Source: Deltaproteobacteria bacterium (GTDB lineage Bacteria > Myxococcota_A > UBA9160 > SMWR01). From it: a stretch of 26,631 nt of DNA. The stretch is taken from positions 1 through 26,631 of the forward strand of contig JAQBHB010000052.1 of assembly GCA_032128115.1 (NCBI GenBank). The letters run 5' to 3'. The position numbers and the translations under genes were made by a program. The notes below the pieces were generated by a model. That model was not told the origin of the DNA and searched no databases. It was given only the letters and a program-made list of their open reading frames with translations. How positions within the stretch are numbered: the first letter of the stretch is position 1; every line of letters begins with the position of its first letter. Below are positions 17,763 to 25,168 of this stretch, one piece after another.

Positions 17763-18221
17763 ATGCCCCACGACGTCGAGCGCAGAACGCTGGCTCGTTA
17801 CCTCGAGGATCACAACCTCAAGCACACCAAACAGCGCGACGCGATTCTCGACGTGTTTCTCGAGGCCACGGGACACATCACCAGCGACGACATCTACCAG
17901 AAGGTGCGCGAGAACCATCCGGGCATCGGCTACACAACCGTGTACCGCACCATGAAGCTCCTGTGCGACGCGGGGCTGGCCCACGAGCGACACTTCGACG
18001 ACGCGGTGGCGCGTTACGAGATCGCCCACGAGCACCACGACCACCTGGTGTGCCTGCGCTGCGGCAAGATCGTGGAATTCGAGTGCGCCATGATCGAGTC
18101 GACCCAGAACGAGATCGCGGCCCGCTACGGCTTCCGGGTGCTGCGCCACCGCCACGAACTCTACGGCCACTGCGGGAACTGTCGCGATGAGGTGGATCTC
18201 GGGGGCCGCACCCCCTCCTGA
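17763..18221 (+). CDS. fur: Fur-family transcriptional regulator
   Basis: T.QR..IL..F, H.....IY, IG..TVYRT.KLL, HHDHLVC..CGKIVEF, H.LYG.C..C. Confidence 0.93.
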   Translation: MPHDVERRTLARYLEDHNLKHTKQRDAILDVFLEATGHITSDDIYQKVRENHPGIGYTTVYRTMKLLCDAGLAHERHFDDAVARYEIAHEHHDHLVCLRCGKIVEFECAMIESTQNEIAARYGFRVLRHRHELYGHCGNCRDEVDLGGRTPS

Positions 18222-18279
18222 GCCTGTCCCCACGGGGGAGATTCTCGCGCTCCCGAGCCCTGCCCCCCCCACAGCCTCG

Positions 18280-18309
18280 TTGACACTGGTCCGAGCCTGA
18301 GGGTAAGCT
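18280..18309 (+). promoter_or_regulatory. Sigma70-type promoter
   Basis: TTGACA(18280-18285)-N18-TAAGCT(18304-18309), immediately upstream of the operator. Confidence 0.7.
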
Positions 18310-18313
18310 GCGC

Positions 18314-18350
18314 ATGAAAATGAAAATGAACGTGATTTTCAATTTCATTT
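18314..18350. promoter_or_regulatory. Extended Fur-box-like operator
   Basis: AT-rich island ATGAAAATGAAAATGAACGTGATTTTCAATTTCATTT: an ATGAAA hexamer array and a dyad AATGAAAATGAA-N7-TTCAATTTCATT centred on 18334. The core AATGAACGTGATTTTCAAT resembles TGAAAAT-N-ATTTTCA Fur boxes. It overlaps the predicted +1 and lies next to fur. Confidence 0.75.
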
Positions 18351-18354
18351 CCAG

Positions 18355-18585
18355 ATGAACCCGGGCGATCGGTTCGAGGACCCCGCTGCCATGAGCGCCC
18401 CCCAGCAATCGCACGCGACCGGTGCCGAGGACTGTCGCTGCCTGTGCGGCAGTCTGCTGGCGAAGGTCGTGGCCGGCGGCGTCGAGCTGCGCTGCCGCCG
18501 CTGCAAGCGCACCCTCGTGGTCCCGCTCGAGCCCGAGCGCGGCGCCCCCCGGGCGTCGCCCCCCTGTGTGAGACGAGCTGGATGA
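18355..18585 (+). CDS. Small Com-like zinc-ribbon protein
   Basis: DCRC.CGSLLAK....GVELRC.RCKR resembles the phage Mu Com zinc ribbon (RC..C.KLL......EIKCPRC). An alternative ATG lies at 18391. Confidence 0.7.
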   Translation: MNPGDRFEDPAAMSAPQQSHATGAEDCRCLCGSLLAKVVAGGVELRCRRCKRTLVVPLEPERGAPRASPPCVRRAG

Positions 18586-18675
18586 ACCCGCCCCGGCTCG
18601 AAATCGACAACCAATTCGAGAGGCCAGAGGTCGCGAACCCCGAGCCCAACCTTCGCAGGCGAAGGAGGGACCCCG

Positions 18676-20019
18676 GTGGTGGTGAAGACGCGATGGATGG
18701 CCGTTCTCGCAGGCTTGGCCCTGGCCAGCAGCGCCGGTGCGGACGCGATCCCGGACGAGCAGCGGGCCCAGGAGGATCGGATCGCCGAGCTGGAACGCAT
18801 CGTCGAGGTGCTCGCCGACGAGCTGGATCGCACCCGCGACTCCATGGCCCTGCCCGAAGATCCGGAGTTGATCCCGCGGTACGGGCGCGGCCCCGGGGCG
18901 AGCAAGGTCTACGGCCTGGCGCAGGGTCTCTCGATCGGCGGCTACGGTGAGATGGTCTACCAGCATTTCTTCGGCGAGCCTGAGAAGTCGGATCGTTGGG
19001 ACTCCCTGCGAACCGTGTTGTACGTCGGATACAAGTTCACGGATCGCATCGTCTTCAACACTGAGATCGAATTTGAGCACGCGACCTCGGAATCCACACA
19101 GAGTTCGGGGGATGGTTCGGTTTCGGTGGAGTTCGCGACCCTCGACTTCATGCTCAAAGACTGGGCGAACGCCCGGGTCGGGCTGCTGCTGATTCCCATG
19201 GGATTCGTCAACGAGATCCACGAACCGCCTTTCTTCTACGGCGTGCTCCGTCCCGAGCCCGAGCGCCGCATCATCCCGTCCACCTGGAGCGAGAACGGCA
19301 CCGGATTCTTCGGCGACCTCTTCGGCGAAACCGTCGAGTACGAGATGTACGTGGTGAACGGTTTCAACGCGGCGGGCTTCGACGCCGCCGGTCTGCGCGA
19401 CGGACGCCAGCAGGGAAACCGGGCCCTGGCCGAGGACGTGGCCTTCGTGTCCCAGGTGAACTGGTGGCCCACCGACGACCTGATGGTGGGAGGCGCCGCC
19501 TACTACGGGAAGTCGGGCCAGAACCAGACCCTCATGAGTAGTTCGTCCGGTATGGGCGTGGATGTGCCCAACGCGCCCACCACCCTGTGGGAGGTGCACG
19601 CCCAGTGGGAGCGCTGGGGTCTGCACCTGCGCGGCTTGTTCACCATGGCCCACGTCAGCGGTGCGGGCGATCTGACCACGGCCCTGCGGGCCACCGGCGA
19701 CATCGACCCGACCGAAACCGTCGCCGAGCGGATGCTGGGCGGCTACGCCGAGATCGCCTACGACGTGCTCCCCCTCCTGTTCGGAGACACGGTGAGCCAG
19801 TCGCTGAGTCCTTATTACCGCTACGAGTACACCGACACCCAGAACCAGATCCCCGCCGGCTTCGTGGGCGACCCCACGGAGACGATCTGGAATCACGTGG
19901 TGGGTCTCGAGTTCAGTCCGATCGAGAATGTGGTGATCAAGACCGACGTGCGATTGCGCGATTCGGACGGCGGAAACGTGTCCGACGAGTTCAACATAGG
20001 AGTGGGATTTGTCTTCTAG
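18676..20019 (+). CDS. Outer-membrane beta-barrel porin with an N-terminal coiled coil
   Basis: AAGGAGG RBS and signal peptide, coiled coil RIAELERIVEVLADEL, amphipathic strands (IGGYGE, R.VLYVGYKF, FNTEIEFEH, P.G..NE.HEP, IIPSTW.E.G), and a terminal Phe beta-signal (GVGFVF). Confidence 0.85.
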   Translation: MVVKTRWMAVLAGLALASSAGADAIPDEQRAQEDRIAELERIVEVLADELDRTRDSMALPEDPELIPRYGRGPGASKVYGLAQGLSIGGYGEMVYQHFFGEPEKSDRWDSLRTVLYVGYKFTDRIVFNTEIEFEHATSESTQSSGDGSVSVEFATLDFMLKDWANARVGLLLIPMGFVNEIHEPPFFYGVLRPEPERRIIPSTWSENGTGFFGDLFGETVEYEMYVVNGFNAAGFDAAGLRDGRQQGNRALAEDVAFVSQVNWWPTDDLMVGGAAYYGKSGQNQTLMSSSSGMGVDVPNAPTTLWEVHAQWERWGLHLRGLFTMAHVSGAGDLTTALRATGDIDPTETVAERMLGGYAEIAYDVLPLLFGDTVSQSLSPYYRYEYTDTQNQIPAGFVGDPTETIWNHVVGLEFSPIENVVIKTDVRLRDSDGGNVSDEFNIGVGFVF

Positions 20020-20572
20020 AAGCTCGCTGTGGAGGATCTCTGCCGGGCTCGCACTGCTGGCGACGTTCGCCTTCTCGGGCGGCCCGGCGCGTGCCAAGGT
20101 CTTCCACAGCCGCTCGGAGGCGCTGGAGATCGCCTTCCCCGAGGCGGACCGGGTCGACTCGCACACGTACGTGCTCACCGACGACCAGGCATCGCGCATC
20201 CAGGAAATCGCCCGCAGTGACCTGGATTCGAAAGTGGTCAAGGTCTACACGGGCTGGAAGGCCGGCGAGGTCGTGGGCTACGCCTTCATCGACCTGCACA
20301 CGGTGCGCACCCTGCCCGAGGCCTTCCTGATCGTGCTGAGGCCCGACGGGACGGTGCGAACCCTGCGGGTGCTCGCCTTCTACGAGCCCCTGGACTACCT
20401 GCCCTCCGAGCGTTGGTACGCCCAGTTCGGCGACAAGGCCCTCGGCGAGCCGCTTCGCGTGGGCGGTGACATCCACGGCATCGTGGGCGCCACCCTGTCG
20501 GCCCGCGCCACCACGAGCGGCGTGCGGCGCGCCCTGGCCATGTACGAGGTGCTCGTCGAAGACGAGCGATAA
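20009..20572 (+). CDS. Extracytoplasmic FMN-binding domain protein (ApbE substrate candidate)
   Basis: AGGAG RBS and signal peptide, AL..AFP.A, V..F.EP..Y, W..QF, and DIHGIVGATLS resembling the D.(S/T)GAT flavinylation motif (Thr162). Confidence 0.85.
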   Translation: MSSRSSLWRISAGLALLATFAFSGGPARAKVFHSRSEALEIAFPEADRVDSHTYVLTDDQASRIQEIARSDLDSKVVKVYTGWKAGEVVGYAFIDLHTVRTLPEAFLIVLRPDGTVRTLRVLAFYEPLDYLPSERWYAQFGDKALGEPLRVGGDIHGIVGATLSARATTSGVRRALAMYEVLVEDER

Positions 20573-20575
20573 CCA

Positions 20576-21112
20576 TTGCGGTTCGTCATCACAGGCGAGT
20601 GGAATCGCAATCGTCTGCTCCAGACGATCGTGGCGCTGTATGCCCTCTATGTAGCGGGCCTGTGGGTGACGAACGCACTGCTCTATTTCAACAAGATGAG
20701 CCTCACCTACGCCTCGGTGGTGGAGTACTACCTGGGCTCGGAAGAGAGCTTCTTGTCTCCGCGCACGTACCAGGGGCTGCTCGAGGTGTCGCACTTCCAC
20801 TTCTTCGCCATGGGGATGTTGCTGCTGGTGCTCACCCACCTGATGCTGTTCGTCCCCGTATCGAACCGGCTCAAGGTGTGGCTCATCACCGTGCCGTTCC
20901 TGTCCGGCTTCGTGAGCGAGGGGGCGAGCTGGCTGGTGCGCTTCGCAAGTCCCGAGTTCGCGTACCTGAAGATCGCGGGATTCCTGACATTGCAGGCAAG
21001 TCTGGCTGCATTGATCGGGGTGTCGCTCTGGGCCGTGTTCTCGGGCTCGCAACGCAACTACGACGGCGGCAATCCCCCCGCACCGGACGCCCCCGACCGC
21101 AGCGGTCTTTGA
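20576..21112 (+). CDS. ~4-TM inner-membrane protein with His residues (possible heme/metal-binding redox partner)
   Basis: Four hydrophobic segments, with LLEVSHFHFFAM...LTHL (H73, H75, H88). It lies in the operon between the FMN-binding protein and apbE. Confidence 0.75.
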   Translation: MRFVITGEWNRNRLLQTIVALYALYVAGLWVTNALLYFNKMSLTYASVVEYYLGSEESFLSPRTYQGLLEVSHFHFFAMGMLLLVLTHLMLFVPVSNRLKVWLITVPFLSGFVSEGASWLVRFASPEFAYLKIAGFLTLQASLAALIGVSLWAVFSGSQRNYDGGNPPAPDAPDRSGL

Positions 21113-22149
21113 GGGCACTCGGTCTCCTGGCCCTGGCAGCCCTGGTAGCAGGCGCTTGCGCATCTGACCCCCGCCCCTCGAACCCCCGACCGGAAGCCGA
21201 TCGGGCCAGCGACGGGCGTTTCGCGATGGGCACCGTTCTCGAGATCACGCTTTACGGCGAGGGCGCTCCGGAGGCGTTGGAACCGCTGTTCGAGCTGGCC
21301 CGGCAGCTCGATTCGCTGATGTCGAGTTACGACCCGGACAGCGATGTGAGTCGTTTGAACCGGACAGCAGGGGTGGGCCCGCAAGAAGTGGATCCCCGCG
21401 TGAACGAGCTCTTGCAGCAGGCAGTGGTGCACTCGAACCTCACCCGCGGCAGCTTCGACGTGACGATCGGCCCGCTGGTCGCACTGTGGATCGGTGCCGC
21501 CGAGCGCGGCGCACCGCCCAGCGCCGCGGACCTGGCCGCCGCGCGCAGCCACGTGGGGGCGGACCACCTGGTTTTCTACGCCGACGGGACCGTCGAACTC
21601 AGCGACCCGGGTGCGCGAGTCGACCTGGGCGGAATCGCCAAGGGCTACGCTCTCGATCGCATGCGGCCCTTGCTGCACGATCGAGGCATCCGGAACGCGC
21701 TGCTGAACTTCGGTCAGAGCAGCACCTGGGCCCTGGGAGCCCCGCCGGACGCGAAGGGCTGGCGTCTGCTGGTGCGGGGCCCTGGCGAGGGCTTCCTGGG
21801 GGTGATGCGCCTTACGGACCAGGCGCTCTCGGTGTCGGGCAGCCTGGGGCAATGGGTCGAGATCGGGGGGCGCCGGTATGGGCACGTGCTGGACCCGCGA
21901 TCGGGCCAGCCTCTCACCCGGCGGCGCCAGGCCCTGGTGGTGGCGCCGAGCGCGACCCTGGCCGAGGCGCTCAGCAAGGCCCTGCTGATCCTGGGCGAGA
22001 AAGAGGGGATCGCGCTGGTGGCCTCGCAGCCGGGATGCCACGGCCTCCTGGTGGATGTGGAGGGGCGAACCTGGTCTACGCCTGGCTGGGCCCGGGCGAC
22101 GGGATTCGAGCCCCTGGAGGAGCTCCCGGCCCCGCCGCCGGCGCACTAA
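21109..22149 (+). CDS. apbE: FAD:protein FMN transferase (ApbE), lipoprotein
   Basis: TTG start overlapping the upstream stop. Lipobox LVAGAC, AMGT, S.Y.P.SD.S.LN, G.FD.TIGPL..LW, DLGGIAKGYA.D and YGHVLDPRSG. Confidence 0.93.
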   Translation: MRALGLLALAALVAGACASDPRPSNPRPEADRASDGRFAMGTVLEITLYGEGAPEALEPLFELARQLDSLMSSYDPDSDVSRLNRTAGVGPQEVDPRVNELLQQAVVHSNLTRGSFDVTIGPLVALWIGAAERGAPPSAADLAAARSHVGADHLVFYADGTVELSDPGARVDLGGIAKGYALDRMRPLLHDRGIRNALLNFGQSSTWALGAPPDAKGWRLLVRGPGEGFLGVMRLTDQALSVSGSLGQWVEIGGRRYGHVLDPRSGQPLTRRRQALVVAPSATLAEALSKALLILGEKEGIALVASQPGCHGLLVDVEGRTWSTPGWARATGFEPLEELPAPPPAH

Positions 22150-22181
22150 AGCTGCCACCGGGTTGCACCGATGGCAGGCGA

Positions 22182-22340
22182 ATGCGCGTCCAGGACGTCA
22201 GCTGCCCCGTCTGCCAGGCCGACATCCCGCTCAGCGGCGACGAGATCCCCGGCTCGGAGATCTATTGCACCTACTGCGGTGCACCCTGCAAGCTTCAAGG
22301 CAAGCTCGACGAGGACGCCGAGGCGGAAGAAGACTTCTAA
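22182..22340 (+). CDS. 52-aa LysW-like zinc-ribbon protein
   Basis: MRVQDVSCPVCQADIPLSGDEIPGSEIYCTYCGAPCKLQGKLDEDAEAEEDF has two CxxC motifs with LysW-like spacing and an acidic tail. It appears in the track only as the tail of ORF 21486..22340. Confidence 0.75.
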   Translation: MRVQDVSCPVCQADIPLSGDEIPGSEIYCTYCGAPCKLQGKLDEDAEAEEDF

Positions 22341-22347
22341 GAGCGAG

Positions 22348-22462
22348 AGCGGGGACGGGGTTGACTATTGACATTTTCCTCACCGCGTTGGCATTGCCTT
22401 CGTCCCCGTGAAAAAGTCAATAGTCAACCCCGTCCCCGCTTGAGTCCCCGCTTGACGCTTGA
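22348..22462. repeat. 25-bp perfect inverted repeat (REP/MITE-like hairpin) followed by shrinking tandem copies
   Basis: AGCGGGGACGGGGTTGACTATTGAC (22348-22372) pairs with GTCAATAGTCAACCCCGTCCCCGCT (22416-22440), extendable to 31 bp with one mismatch. It is followed by GTCCCCGCTTGA x2 and CGCTTGA. Confidence 0.9.
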
Positions 22463-22463
22463 G

Positions 22464-23018
22464 TCACTCTTTGAACGCCAGCAGCCGATCCTGGACGTCG
22501 CGGAGGCGCCGGGCGTCCCGGTCCTTGGCCGACAGGATCGGATCCGGCACGGGCCATGGGATCCCCAGATCCGGGTCGTTCCACGCCACGCTGAACTCGT
22601 CTTCTGGGTGATAGACGTCGGTGCACTTGTACTCCACCTGCGCGACTTCGCTGGTGACGTAGAATCCGTGCACGAAGCCGTGCGGCACCCAGAGCTGGAG
22701 GAAGTTGTCGGCCGACAGCGTCGCCGCCGCGTATTTCCCGTAGCTGGGGGAGCCGCGACGCGCGTCTACCGCCACGTCGTAGATTTCGCCCTCGATCACC
22801 CGAACCAGCTTGCCCTGGGAACGCGGAAACTGGCCGTGGAGACCGCGCAGGGTTCCCCGCGTGGAGCGCGAGTGGTTGTCCTGCAGGAAGACCGCATCGA
22901 TGCCGCCCTCTCGGTAGCGCGGGCCGTGGTAGGTCTCGACGAAGAAGCCCCGTTCGTCGCGATGGACGGTGGGTTCCACCAGGATCACACCGGGCACCTC
23001 GGTCTCGACGAAGCGCAT
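22464..23018 (-). CDS. rmlC: dTDP-4-dehydrorhamnose 3,5-epimerase
   Basis: [49 protein letters not shown]...Y, WNDP and LS.KD. Confidence 0.95.
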   Translation of the reverse strand: MRFVETEVPGVILVEPTVHRDERGFFVETYHGPRYREGGIDAVFLQDNHSRSTRGTLRGLHGQFPRSQGKLVRVIEGEIYDVAVDARRGSPSYGKYAAATLSADNFLQLWVPHGFVHGFYVTSEVAQVEYKCTDVYHPEDEFSVAWNDPDLGIPWPVPDPILSAKDRDARRLRDVQDRLLAFKE

Positions 23019-23022
23019 CGGC

Positions 23023-23898
23023 TCAGCCTGCCTCGTCGCGGGCGACACCCAGGAGATACTCGCCGTAGGTCGACTTGCCCATCTCCTTGCCGATCTGGAT
23101 CAGCTCGTCGCGGCTGAGGTCGCCGTTGCGGTAGGCGATCTCCTCCAGGCAAGCGATCTTCAGGCCCTGTCGCTCCTGGATGGTTTCTACGAAGTTCGCG
23201 GCCTGCAACAGCGACTCGTGGGTGCCCGTGTCGAGCCACGCGATGCCGCGCCCGAGAAGCTCCACGTGCAGGTCGCCGCGCCCGAGATATGCCAGGTTCA
23301 CGTCGGTGATTTCGAGTTCGCCCCGGGGCGAGGGCTCGAGCCCCGCGGCGATCTCCAGCACCCGGTTGTCGTAGAAGTAGATCCCGGTAACGGCGTAGTG
23401 CGATCGGGGCGTATGGGGCTTTTCCTCGATGCCCACCACCTTCGCGTCGCCGTCGAACTCCACCACCCCGTAGCGCTCCGGGTCGCGCACCCAATAGCCG
23501 AAGACGGTGGCCCCGTTCTCCCGGGCAGCCGCGCGGCGCAGCACCTCCGGGAGGCCGTGCCCGTAGAAGATATTGTCACCCAGGGCCAGGGCCACTCGAT
23601 CGTCGCCCACGAAGTCGCGGCCGATCAGGAAGGCCTGGGCCAGGCCCTCGGGCTTGGCCTGTTCGGCATAGCAGATGTGAACACCCAGGTGGCGGCCGTC
23701 GCGCAGCAGCCGCTCATAGGCGGGCAGGTCCAACGGGGTCGAAATCAACAGGATCTCGCGGATTCCCGCGTGCATGAGCGTGGCCAGCGGGTAGTAGACC
23801 ATGGGCTTGTCGTAAACGGGGAGTAGCTGCTTGCTGACCCCCGTCGTGATCGGGTGGAGACGGGTTCCGGAACCACCCGCCAGCACGATCCCCTTCAT
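23023..23898 (-). CDS. rmlA: Glucose-1-phosphate thymidylyltransferase
   Basis: [56 protein letters not shown] and WLDTGT. Confidence 0.97.
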   Translation of the reverse strand: MKGIVLAGGSGTRLHPITTGVSKQLLPVYDKPMVYYPLATLMHAGIREILLISTPLDLPAYERLLRDGRHLGVHICYAEQAKPEGLAQAFLIGRDFVGDDRVALALGDNIFYGHGLPEVLRRAAARENGATVFGYWVRDPERYGVVEFDGDAKVVGIEEKPHTPRSHYAVTGIYFYDNRVLEIAAGLEPSPRGELEITDVNLAYLGRGDLHVELLGRGIAWLDTGTHESLLQAANFVETIQERQGLKIACLEEIAYRNGDLSRDELIQIGKEMGKSTYGEYLLGVARDEAG

Positions 23899-23978
23899 GG
23901 TCTTTGGTGCTCCGTTCGCCCCATCGTGGGCACGGACAATAACACCGGGCTCCGCACGGCGTTACGGCGAACGGGACG

Positions 23979-25166
23979 TTACGGCAGGAAGGCCGCTCGC
24001 TGGCTGAGTTTGGCCGGCAGATACTCCTCGATCACGTAATTCAGCCCCCACTTGGCCAGCGCCTGCTGTTCGGCGCGGACGCCCATCTTGAGCAGCTGAT
24101 CGATGGCCTTCTGCCAGGGCTTGTGGGCCTTGAAGAACGGGTCGTTCTTGAGGGCGTCCTTGGCCCGCTTGATGTCCACGTCCAGGAGCGGGTGGGTGGG
24201 GAGCCGGTAGTCGACGATGTCCTGGGGCGTGACGCCGAGGTAGCGGGCCTGGGGCACGCAGAAGAACTGGGAGAGATGGGCCGCGTTGCCCGACCCGACC
24301 TTCAGGGTGCGGTAGATGTTGGAGATGCCGTAGGGGTCGCAGTCGACGAAGGCGTACACCGGGATCTTGCTCTCGTCCGAGAGCTTCCGGATGAAGCGCC
24401 GCGTGGCTCGGGTGGGCACGCCCGCCAGCGACACCAGGATGCAGTCGTGGTCCTGCCAGAACTTGTGGCTCTGCAGGCGCTGGAAGACGCCCCCGGTCTC
24501 GATGGCCAGGATGAACTTGGCGTCGGTCTCGAACGAGAGATGTTCCACGGTGGAAGGGATCGAGTAGGCGCCGGAGCCGAAGCGGGTGCAGTCGATCCGC
24601 TCCACCTCGCCGGTCTCCCGGTCCGGGTCAAGCACCACCAGTCGGCCCGCCACCGCCCCGCCGTGCTCGTCCGGGATGAAGCGGAGCTGCTCCCGGGAGG
24701 CGCCGCTGATGGAGAACATGGCCTCGATGTCGTCCATCACCGTATCCGACTCGCTCTGCTCGTCGAACTTCGCCTCCTCCCAGTTCTTGCTCTGGTAGTA
24801 GGCGTCTCGCTTGGTGGCGAAGTCGTTGCTTTCGATCAGCTCCTTGGAGAGGCCCATCATGCGCAGGGTCTGGGCGAAGCTCTTCACGGTGTTGACGGTG
24901 AGGGTGCGGATCTTCTTCTGCTTGCCGATTTCGAAGTAGCCGCGCTTTTCCGAATACGAGACGTTCTTGAGCGAGCGGACCGGAAAGGCCAGGTCGGGCT
25001 TCTGGTGCTTGAGGATCACGCTGTGCACGTCCTTGGCCTTCTCGCGAATCAGCTCCACCGTCATGGCGTCGAGCTTCTTGTTCCTCTTCGCCACGTCGCT
25101 GGCGACCTGGCCGGCCGCCTTCTTGCCGACCTTGTTTCCGCCGCTGGCCTTCTTGCGTGCTGCCAC
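23979..25166 (-). CDS. top6A: DNA topoisomerase VI subunit A (Spo11/Top6A family)
   Basis: WHD with catalytic Tyr (TKRDAYY), F..Q.ESD...DD.E, Toprim IE.GG..RL, G.P.RATRRF, D.DPYG and EQQAL. GTG start at 25166 with a GGAGG RBS. Confidence 0.93.
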   Translation of the reverse strand: MAARKKASGGNKVGKKAAGQVASDVAKRNKKLDAMTVELIREKAKDVHSVILKHQKPDLAFPVRSLKNVSYSEKRGYFEIGKQKKIRTLTVNTVKSFAQTLRMMGLSKELIESNDFATKRDAYYQSKNWEEAKFDEQSESDTVMDDIEAMFSISGASREQLRFIPDEHGGAVAGRLVVLDPDRETGEVERIDCTRFGSGAYSIPSTVEHLSFETDAKFILAIETGGVFQRLQSHKFWQDHDCILVSLAGVPTRATRRFIRKLSDESKIPVYAFVDCDPYGISNIYRTLKVGSGNAAHLSQFFCVPQARYLGVTPQDIVDYRLPTHPLLDVDIKRAKDALKNDPFFKAHKPWQKAIDQLLKMGVRAEQQALAKWGLNYVIEEYLPAKLSQRAAFLP

Positions 25167-25168
25167 GT

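Noticed and set aside
17878..20241. 787-aa minus-strand ORF
   Set aside because: It is the antisense shadow of fur, the porin and the FMN-binding gene, with no recognisable domain.
22432..22462. CRISPR-like repeats
   Set aside because: The units are short (12 bp or less) and abutting, with no spacers and no cas genes.
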